Shown here one piece after another: positions 53,905 to 64,000 of a stretch of DNA of 64,000 bases. Position 1 is the first letter of the stretch. Each line of letters begins with the position of its first letter. The notes below the pieces were generated by a model. It had not been told where the DNA came from. It saw only the letters and a list, made by a program, of their open reading frames with translations, and did no database searches. Source of the stretch: Daphnia carinata. Lineage: Eukaryota. Position numbers and translations under genes: made by a program. The stretch lies in the NCBI RefSeq assembly GCF_022539665.2, contig NC_081333.1, positions 7,316,001-7,380,000 of the forward strand. Direction: 5' to 3'.

Positions 53905-56827
53905 GTAACAGGGATTTTTCTGGGGATTTTATTTTTTTAAAATAGGGATTTATGTCCCCAGTCTGGCAACGTTCTAGGGATACCACTTTGCGGAAAGTGG
54001 AAACACTGGTCCATTGGATCCCATTGTCAGTTAGTCGAGTAGCGTGGCTGGAGAAAAGTATGTTAAAATGGATAAGATAATAAAAGATAAGGATGGTAAG
54101 TACAAAGATTATTATATTAGTTTTCAATTATTAATTATTGTTTTTTAGCTTTAATTATGAACCTGCAGGCTCAATTATTGTTCGTAATCAGTCCATGCAG
54201 CGATGGAACTGAACAATTGTGGGACCGTATTTGGGCCAAAAATGGGTGTGGTACGGAAACCCAGAAATGGCATGAGTTCAACCTAAGACATGGATTAGGT
54301 ACTTACCGGTTCTTTGTCTATCGAAAAAGTATTTTTAATGCTATTATTTTGCATTCACAGAATTTTAGCGGGGGGATCAAGTCAAGTCTGGAAGTGTTAC
54401 AGGATGGAAGAGTCAGCCTGTAGTTGAAAAAACACTGGGAGTGCATTACCATTAAAGTGTGAGGTAAAGTAATAGAGTAATGCAAATTGTCTAATGAGAA
54501 GTACCATCGTGTGTTAATGAATCCGGTACAACAGCAATCCATTATAGTTCTGTCACAGCTAGAAGCCTCAAATAATTCTGCTTTTCTGGCTAAAGAACAA
54601 CTTGTCCTTTACGTCCACAGTGTTGGTGAAACTGGGTACTTAAATGGCCCTAAAGATGTCTTAATTTTGCTGCCGTTGCAGAGATGAACATCATACATGG
54701 ACTCTTTAGGTATGAAAAGAATTTTCTTCAAATAATTTTGAATTTATGACGAAGAATTTCTCTTCCTTTTTGCCAACCAGATGTAATGTACAAAAAAAAA
54801 TTTTATCCAATAGGAAAGGATTTTCATATACTGGGAACACAACTATCAACAATGCAACATTCTATGGGTGCTAGTTTATCATTCAAGAGCCTTATACAAT
54901 AATGTTAATCTGCAATTTGTATGTCCTTTCCCAAGCTTCCACCAGAAGTTGAATCTATGAGTCATGTAAGTTACGTGAGCAACAATTGATATGCTTAATG
55001 GTGTTGTTTTTCTTTTCTCAATATAGGTTAATAGTAACATTGGATCTGAAAAGATTCTTGGTTGGGGCAAGACACTGAATAAATTGTATTGATTGGATGG
55101 ATGATATGACATTTCTATACTTAATTCGGATTCCCCAGACGGTATTTGATATTTTAAAAATTGAAGTGCATATCTGGGCTCTCTTCTTTTCTGTAGCCCC
55201 GTTTCCCCTTGACTCATAATAAGCCCGTAGGGGGTCATTCCCCTACTGTACGGTATATATAAAAACAACATATACCGAGGTTTGGAGGGCTCTGGCCGGA
55301 AAGGGGACGTGGGGGTCCGCACGTTCGATGAAGTGTTCAATGAAGTATACAATACAATAACAATATGGTGATACCTAGATTAACGGGCTTGTATTCCAAC
55401 CAATATATAGCGGTGACCTCAAACCCGTAGTACGAAGAAACAAAAGAAAGAAATGCAATTACCCGGTGCTTGGCTAAGAGAATCCGAAGAAATGGAACAT
55501 TTTTACAGGAGCGATTAACCTTTAATACGGATTTGTGGGTAGCCACACAGCCCTCCATGAACACTTCATCGAACCATGCGGACCCCCACGCACTCTCAGT
55601 GTTTTTTCAACTACAGGCTGACTCTTCCATCCTGTAACACTTCCAGACTTGACTTGATCCCCCCGCTAAAATTCTGTGAATGCAAAGTAATAGCATTAAA
55701 AATACTTTTTCGATAGACAAAGAACCGGTAAGTACCTAATCCATGTTTTAGGTTGAACTCGTGCCATTTCTGGGTTTCCGTACCACACCCATTTTTGGCC
55801 CAAATACGGTCCCACAATTGTTCAGTTCCATCGCTGCATGGACTGATTACGAACAATAACTGAGCCTGCAGGTTCATAATTAAAGCTAAAAAACAATAAT
55901 TAATAATTGAAAACTAATATAATAATCTTTGTTTTTTCCGACGCGTAGCCATCTACCGCTCAGACTCTTTATTACTGGCGTAGGCAATTTCAGTCCATTG
56001 GATGCCATTCGCAGTTAGTTCAGTAGCGTGGATGGAGAATAACGCGTGGCTGGAGGAACAATTGAAAAATGGATAAGATAATACAACAAAAGGATGGTGA
56101 GTATAAACATTATTATATTTGTATTCAATTATTAATTATTGTTTATTAGATCAAATTATGAAGCTGCAGGCCCAATTATTGGAACAACACAAAATATTAG
56201 ATAACAGCAAAGCTAAGGATGGTAAGGCCTAATACGTAATGATTCTATTTATTTGCTTTTATTCATTTGTGTTTTGTAGCTCAAATTTTGAGTCTACAAG
56301 CTCAGGTAGGGGAAAAGAACAAATTGGAACGGAACAGTTTCCAAACAGTGAAGGAGGTTTTTCCAAACTCATCCCTAACTGAACATGAGGATGAATTGGC
56401 ATTAGGTGAACACAGTCAGGTACCTAAACTTTTCAAATAAGAATTCAAAATAAGTATAGAATTTTAACAAACAATTATTTATTGTTTAGTTATTCAGTCT
56501 ACCACCTGACAGTGTGTTAAATTTAAATTCTGTTAGTGCTGCACTAAAAGAATTGTTAATAATAAGTCCATGCAGCAAAGGAAGTGAACAATTGTGGGAC
56601 CGTATTTGGGCTGAAAATGGGTGTGGTACGGAAACCCAGAAATAGCACGAGTTCAACATAAAACATGAATTAGGTACTTTTCGGTTTTTTTGTCTATCGA
56701 AAAAGTATTTTTAATGCTATTACTTTGCATTCACAGAATTTTAGTGGGGGATCAAGTCAAGTCTAGAAGTGTTACAGGATGGAAGAGCGAGCCTACAGTT
56801 GAAAAACACTGAGAGTGCGTGAAGGTC

Positions 56828-59065
56828 ATCATTCAAGAGCCTTATACAATGATTTTCATCTGCAATTTGTATGGCCTTTCCCAAGCTTCTGTCAGAAGTT
56901 GAATCTATAAGTCATGTAAGTCACATGAGCAACAATTGAGATGCTTAATGGTATTGTTTTTCTTTTCTCAGCATAGGTTAATAGTAACATTGGATCTGAA
57001 AAGATTCTTGGTTGGGGCAAGACACTGAATAAATTGTATTGATTGGATGGATGACGTGACATTTCTATACTTAATTCGGATTCCCCAGACGGTATTTTAT
57101 ATTTTAAAAATTGAAGGGCATATCTGGGCTCCCTTCCTTTCCGTAGCCCCGTTTCCCCTTGACTCGTAATAAGCCCGTAGGGGGTCATGCCCCTACTGTA
57201 CGGTATATATAAAAATAACATATACCGAGGTTTGGAGGGCTCTGGCCGGAAAGGGGACGTGGGGGGTCCGCTTAGTCCGATGATGTGTTCACGGAGGGCG
57301 ACGTGGCTACCCACAAATCCGAACTAAAGGTTAATCGCTCCTGTAAAAATGTTCCAAATCTTCAGCTCTTCTTCCGGCTTCTCTTAGCCAATCACCGGGT
57401 AATCTCCCCGGTGGGTCAACAAGGCAGTGTCTCCCCCTGCCTGGGTTGACGGCAACTTTTGAAAGGGCTATTGTGCCTTTTTAAAGTTGCAAAAATAATT
57501 GTAATGTGCAGAGAATTGTCAATAAATATTTTTTTTTTTTAATATTTTTTGCAAAACTTGTCACTTTCATTGTCTGTGTTCACACATTACATTTATCAAT
57601 TTTTTTTTATTTAGCTTGCTCAATTCATCTTTATGGTTTATGCCAACTTTGATGGTAAGCATTGTTTCCATTAGTTTATCGTTTATCTGTAAGCATTCAT
57701 TTATTATCCAGGGATCGAACCCTGGATGTTCGGCATACCGCGCCGATGCTCTACCAATGAGCCATGAATCATATGATGTGAAGTTGGCTTTTTTCTAGTC
57801 ACTTGCGGACTTGCATTTACACTTTGAATAAAACTGGAATGCAGTACTTCAACATTCTTTTCTCCATTTAGATGTAGATCTTTATACATCTAGTAAGGTT
57901 TGAACCCAGGATAACAGTTATCGCAGCTGAATGCTCTACCACAGAGTTATGGACCTTATGAAAGCAATAGAAAGATAAACATATAGTTGTGAAAGACTGC
58001 GAAATAGACGATAACATATGATATGCGATAATAAAAAAATTTAGATATATCTCGTGGCTCAATGTTAGAGCATCGGCGTTGCACGCTGAATGTCTGGGGA
58101 TCGATTCCCATGCCAGTAAAACAATTTACAAATACAAAATTACTTCAGAATATATCCAGATATTACACGTTGTTCCATGTCTAAGTTCAAGAATTCAAAA
58201 AGTGTAATAAATAGTAACTGAATACTTAAAGATAAACGATACAACAGTGGCAGAAACAATAAAGATGAATTGAGCAAGCTAAATGAAAAAAAAATTGATA
58301 AATGTAATGTGTGAACACAGACAATGAAAGTGACAAGTTTTGCAAAAAATATTTTATAAAAAAAAAATTTATTGACAATTCTCTGCACATTACAATTATT
58401 TTTGCAACTTTAAAAAGGCACAATAGCCCTTTCAAAAGTTGCCGTCAACCCAGGCAGGGGGAGACACTGCCTTGTTGACCCACCGGGGAGATTACCCGGT
58501 GATTGGCTAAGAGAAGCCGGAAGAAGAGCTGAAGATTTGGAACATTTTTACAGGAGCGATTAACCTTTAGTTCGGATTTGTGGGTAGCCACGTCGCCCTC
58601 CGTGAACACATCATCGGACTAAGCGGACCCCCACGTCCCCTTTCCGGCCAGAGCCCTCCAAACCTCGGTATATGTTATTTTTATATATACCGTACAGTAG
58701 GGGCATGACCCCCTACGGGCTTATTACGAGTCAAGGGGAAACGGGGCTACGGAAAGGAAGGGAGCCCAGATATGCACTTCAATTTTTAAAATATAAAATA
58801 CCGTCTGGGGAATCCGAATTAAGTATAGAAATGTCACGTCATCCATCCAATCAATACAATTTATTCAGTGTCTTGCCCCAACCAAGAATCTTTTCAGATC
58901 CAATGTTACTATTAACCTATGCTGAGAAAAGAAAAACAATACCATTAAGCATCTCAATTGTTGCTCATGTGACTTACATGACTCATAGATTCAACTTCTG
59001 ACAGAAGCTTGGGAAAGGCCATACAAATTGTAGATGAAAATCATTGTATAAGGCTCTTGAATGAT
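56828..59065. repeat. Large inverted repeat, ~810-bp near-identical arms with a ~600-bp spacer
   Basis: 56828-~57640 is the reverse complement of ~58250-59065; the mirrored ORFs 56892..57314(-) and 58672..59001(+) are almost identical. Confidence 0.95.
57704..58118. pseudogene. Three tRNA-like cassettes in the palindrome spacer: ~57704-57772 (-), ~57889-57957 (-), ~58048-58118 (+)
   Basis: Each has an A box (TGGCTCATTGGTAGAGC, TAACTCTGTGGTAGAGC, TGGCTCAATGTTAGAGC), an anticodon-like hairpin, and a B box (GGTTCGATCCC, GGTTCAAACC, GGATCGATTCC). Confidence 0.7.
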
Positions 59066-60112
59066 AAAATAAAACCCGTAGAATGTTGCATTGTTGATAG
59101 TTGTGTTCCCAGTATGCTGAAAATCCTTTCCTATTGGATAAATTTTTTTTTTGTAGATTAGACATGGTTGGCAAACAGGAGGAGAAAAGCTTCATCATAA
59201 ATTCAAAAATTTTTCAAGAAAATTCCTTTCATACCTAAAGAGTCCATGTATGATGTTCATCGCTGCAATGCCAGTGAAGTGAAACATCTTTAGGGCCATT
59301 TAAGTACCCAGCTTCACCAACACTGAGCGTAAAGGACAAGTTGTTCTTTAGCAAAGGAAGCAGAATTATTTGAGGCTTCTAGCTGTGACACTATAAAGGA
59401 TTCTATGAGGATAGTACCGGATTTATTAACACAATATGATACTTCTCATTAGACAATTTGCATTACTCTATTACTTTACCTCATACCTTAAGAGTAATGC
59501 ACTCTCAGTGTTTTTTCAACTATAGGGCAACTCTTCCATCCTGTAACACTTCCAGATTTGACTTGATCCCCTGCTAAAATTCTGTGAATGCAAAATAATA
59601 GCATTAAAAATACTTTTTTGCTAGACAAAAAACCGAGAAGTGCCTAATCCATGTTTGATGTTGAACTCATGCCATTTCTGGGTTTCTGTACCACACCCAT
59701 TTTCAGCAGTCTTTATGGTAATATTAATCAAAGCCACATGTACCACTATGAAATGGGTGTTGAAAAGCAAATAAAAACCTGTTGAGATTGATACCAGGAG
59801 AATCAGAATAGATCTCAATCAACTTCAGTTATTCTTTTCCCTATAGTACTTAGTGACATAGCGTAATAGATATACCTGCCTCAATTCAGAACCATAGACC
59901 AACAGAAAAGAACACAGAAATGTAGCTGCTGTGAAAGCAGATCACTTTAGAACACATGATCAGGTATAGATCATCTACGAGGAAACCTAAAATGCAAAGA
60001 CAAAAATATGGGGCATAATTGCAGTTTACCAAACATAGTAGTAAAATAAAATAATTGTCCAAGAAAGAAATATGCACACTTGGGTTGGCGAATGGGTAAG
60101 TCTGATGCAATG

Positions 60113-60527
60113 TATGGCAACCCGTTTTCCTCCCCCCCCCCCCAAAAAAAAAAATAAAAATATCGGCCTTACTTTCTACTTTACTCCTACCAACCGATAG
60201 ATGGCGGCAGCAGTGAAATAGAAAAAAAAGGCCGATATTTTTTTTTTTTTTTGGGGGGGGTAAAACGGATTGCCATAAGCGCTATGCAGTAGAAATATTC
60301 GGTGAGTGTGTGAACAATATTTTAAATTTTTTTGTTTAATAATTTACTATCGCCATCTACCGGTCACTTTTCCAGTTAATGCTCTACATACACTCAACGA
60401 ATATTTGTCCTGCATCAGCGCTAGTGCTGTAGCGTACTGGCGCGCTAGGGTTGCGGCAAAGGTTCGATTTATTTCAAAAACGATTAACTTAATGAAATGG
60501 GGGGGGGGGGGCAAAACGGATTGCCAT
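60113..60527. mobile_element. Cluster of TATGGCAATCCGTTTT-type inverted termini and an AGCGCT-bounded hairpin element
   Basis: 60113-60277 has TIRs (TATGGCAACCCGTTTT...AAAACGGATTGCCATA); inverted pair at 60278-60300 and 60398-60423; a further terminus ends at ~60527. The same terminus occurs at 50006 and 50665. Confidence 0.75.
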
Positions 60528-62428
60528 CCTGGAAGGGCTTTGATCCTTTTCAGACAGTGAGACCCCCTCACATGAGATGAAAATCTTTTAAAGCGTTTTT
60601 AAGTTGATCGTAATATTACACACATCTTCATTTTTCCTTTACCGCCATCCAGCTTCTCCAGTTTCCCTTTTACAACCATAATCATCCCAACCCAAGCTCT
60701 TCTGCATCGTCCTTAGAAACCCAGGCACCACTTGCGGGACTGTATATTGGTTTTATTTGAATAGCATGTGGCCATTGGAAAACTTCGCAACCACCGTGAA
60801 CTGCTTAATTTTTCTGTTCCACTTTTTACAATGATGAATTTGTTTTTGAGCTTTTTAAGACTACAGCAACGGAACATAAAAACGTATTCAGATCGGTCCG
60901 CTTGTAATCATCAGTGTAATATTATTGCTCCAATAACATAGTGACAAAATGGTTCAGGACAGACAAACGCGATTCGTGCACGAGAGGCAGAGGAAGAGGG
61001 ATAGATAGATAGATAGTTATTTAACAACAGTTTTCTGTTCAAAAAAACAAATCAACGGACGTAATTAATGGGAGGGGTAGACAATCTAGGGCCGAGGGTT
61101 GGAGACAAAATGAGAGGCAATTCAATGCAATGCAAAAAAACGATCAGATTTCAACCAAAACAAAAGAATAGGGCAGATTTTCTTCACCGTGACATGCACA
61201 AACACACAAATTGGAGAAATCAAAATACAAAAAAATATAATAATAATAATCAATAATTTTGATCAGATTCAACGATACGGATGAACATATTGTTTTTTGA
61301 CATGTATCCACCACGTCGCTGCTGGCATCGAAATGTTCTATCGGTGTCACTTGCACAAATACACATTCACGCAGTCATACCGGAGGAATCCTCGTTCGTG
61401 ACGGTCAACTCTTCTATGATCAGACTAGTTGGCGCAACAAAAAACAATGAAGAAGGAAAAACAAAAAACAAACAGCACAGAATTGATGGGATAAAACATG
61501 AAGAATATTGATAAGTTTAAGAGGGCGGTAGGAAACGTTATGATACAGATTACATTCATTTGGGTTGCAATTTAATAATCTCATAAGAAGATGGCATTAT
61601 ATAGCTTATCTGTCTTAATTTGGCCCTGCTCTGACAATCTTTTTTTTTTCTCTTTCCCCTTTTCCCATAAAGGTATATTTATAAATGCATACCAGAACGC
61701 TATTGTTTTCGTTAATTAAATAATTCTGTTTTTTTTTTAATCCTAGAATTTTTTTTTGTTTGTTTGTTTCGTTTTTCTGACTAGTTATGTACAAAAAATG
61801 GCTTTCAAGGTAAGAAAAGATTGGAGCCAGATAAGGGCAAATAAGTCAACTAAGTTTAGTGTGTTACGTGTGGGGGGGGGGCGGTATGTGTGGATGGCGT
61901 TTTGTTTACGAGGAGTTTCAATGTACAACAATGTTACACACACACATAAAGAAAAGTAGAAAAATAGAACAACTGATGGGCGATTCAAAGTAAAGAAAAA
62001 CAAAAATACTTGAACATATGTATCTGTATGTGTCTATCTGTCGGTGTGTATCTGTGTGTGTGTGTGTGTGTGTGTTGTATGTGTAACAAAAACAAAGAGT
62101 GATAAGGATTTGTTTGAAATAATTAACTTTATAATTTTTTTTGCGTTTTCTTTTTTTTTTGGCCCTCGTGGATGCTTGAAATTGAATGTTTTACTGTATT
62201 CATTTTTGATTCAACTAGGACGAGAAAGGTGAGTAGAAGAAGAAACAAAAGAATCAAGGATTTTTGTTTTTTACCCAAGAAAAACTCGGATATGAGCAAA
62301 GGGAAAGGGAAAAAAAGGGATTGGGGATTCGAAAACAAAACAACATAGAAAATGACGGTAATATTTATAATGTTATACTTCTACTACGTACCAGCGTTGA
62401 TCAAGACTTGCACCGGCTAGTACATAAA

Positions 62429-64000
62429 CTAAGTGGGGCCCGCTGACTCTGGTTGCTGTTGACTAACAATTTTGGTTGAGATGATTCCAGAATCAAACAA
62501 GAAAGCTTCTACTTCTGTTGCTTCTGGAACATTTTGACTTTCTTTTGAGCCGGAGAGCATCCTGCTGCTGCCGTCTTTGAACGTCGAACTAGAAGGACTA
62601 GAGTTCGTAGTAAATGGGATCATCGTCGACTGTTGAACTACCGATGACGCTTTCACGTAATTCTTATCATTCTGGTCCGCACTGTTATCCGAACGCGTCC
62701 GACGGGCTGATCTAGACATTCGCTGCGTTTGAATTGCTGTCTTCGCTGTCGTAATACGTGACCCGCTACTTCTCGTGGTGGTCGCCATCGTTGTTGATTT
62801 ACTAGTTGATCCCTGAACGTCACCTCCCCCCTTTTTCTTCTGTTCGATGACCGCATTATCCGTCGTTGGTGAAGCAAAACCTTCCGGTGATGAGCGGTTG
62901 ATCCGGTTCGAGCCGCGTCGTATACTTTGCTGTTGCTGGTGGTGTCTCTGACGATGCTGGACAACTGCACTGTGCTCGAGATCCACCACCAGGCGCTGCT
63001 GAGCGCAGCTAGTATCATACTGACAGCAAACCTTTCCATTCTACGTAGTTGATTCAATCATTAGTGATGGAGACTAAATGAATCGGTTACGTATGAAAAA
63101 GCTTACGCTTACAAAAAGAGTTGATTGTAAAAATGGCTTAAGATTGGAAGAGGTTGACAGAGAGAGAGGTCCATTCGTGCAATTTTGTTAGACGGATTAA
63201 GTAGGGAGATAAGAATAAACATTACCGATTAGTATGGGGAGGAGCAGCACTGTGACTGTGGCCTAACATTCGTTGGCACATCGGCTCCTGTTATCGCCGG
63301 ATTGAACAATCAAGCAGCAACGGAACAAGAAAAAAAAAATATTCCTTTTTGTTAGTGGGTCAGCAAGCTACTCACTCCGTTAGTTAAACGCAAATCAATT
63401 AGTTACAACGCAGCAAGTACAATTGCTGTTTTAAAGTTATTGTTTTGGTTTAGGCGTTCCCCATTGAATTAGTGTTAAGTGTGCATAATCTAGTAGTTTT
63501 ACTGGGATCATTCTGTGCGAAAGAAGAAAAGACGTACCTTGCATTTGCAATTATTGCAACCATCCAACCCGGCAGCCCATTCCGCTCCGTGAGTATAATT
63601 ACGACCGAGATGATGGCATCCAAAGGGTTCTCCGAACTGACTTGTCGTATCCATCGGTTCTTCAACAGCACTGCATGGATCACTGTCCGGACAACGTAGG
63701 CAGCAATCGCCAGGAAGACGGACCGGATGACTACAATAGACGGGCGGGCATTCCATTGGCCAGCAATCAGTCTCTCCGTGCTGACAAACAAAAGAATGAT
63801 TGAGCATTCGTAGTTTTCGAAAAAAAAAAAAAAAAAAGAAAATTTGATTAGATTGTTTACCAGACATTCGCAGCTCTGACATTGGTATATCCATCGCTGG
63901 CCGGAATCGAATATGACGTCCGACTTTTCCTGGTGGCGACATTGCTGGGATTTGCTGGAACGGCACTGCGGACAACACAGTTCGGAATTCGGATGATGAA
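62429..64000 (-). CDS. NELL: NELL-like protein, C-terminal VWC domains (3' part; gene enters from the right edge)
   Basis: CCPQC..QCRHQ..SGQRWIYQCQSCECL|HGETDCWPMECP..CCLRC.DSDPC..CNNCKCK|NGKVCCQYDTSC matches the NELL1/2 C-terminal pattern; followed by a long Ser/Thr-rich tail. Confidence 0.85.

Larger units (their letters stand above)
54050..59710. pseudogene. Several decayed copies, in both orientations, of an unidentified intron-containing gene
   Basis: Shared segments (EQLWDRIWAxNGCGTETQKWHEFN; LAGGSSQVWKCYR) at 54150-55250 (+), 55590-55930 (-), 56030-57240 (+) and 58640-59710 (-). Canonical splice sites are kept; in-frame stops (e.g. TAG at 56643) and deletions are present. Confidence 0.7.

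Noticed and set aside
54879..55352. 157-aa minus-strand ORF and its copies (56892..57314, 58672..59001)
   Set aside because: They are antisense to the strand carrying splice sites of the decayed gene; recurrence reflects recent duplication and no domain is recognisable.
51794..58118. tRNA-like cassettes as functional tRNA genes
   Set aside because: Acceptor or anticodon stems are mismatched or the loops are non-canonical; called pseudo or SINE-like instead.

Overview
Gene-dense, short-intron eukaryotic DNA from an arthropod, most consistent with a Daphnia-like branchiopod crustacean (inferred from ~60-70 nt introns and the pancrustacean TipE family). Genes in order: 5' part of a probable Cdc25/string (-), phosphoglycerate mutase (-), PAAT/C10orf88-like (+), SLBP (-), Utx/KDM6A (+), a Teh3/4-type (-) and a tipE-type (+) sodium-channel auxiliary subunit head-to-head, a degenerate HD-domain protein (-), kibra (-), DnaJA (+), a two-exon G-protein gamma subunit missing from the ORF track (-), XPNPEP3 (-) and the 3' end of a NELL-like gene (-). 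Two repeat islands interrupt this. The first (28.5-31.9 kb) has ~520-bp repeats enclosing a ~164-bp tandem array. The second (50.0-60.55 kb) has nested TIR elements with 7-8 bp TSDs, large palindromes, several decayed copies of an unknown spliced gene and at least five tRNA-like cassettes. Best leads: the palindromic tRNA-like/cargo-gene element, two candidate alternative last exons of tipE, and a frame-switching cassette exon in NELL. All exon boundaries and homology calls were made by eye and from memory of the families; no searches were run.
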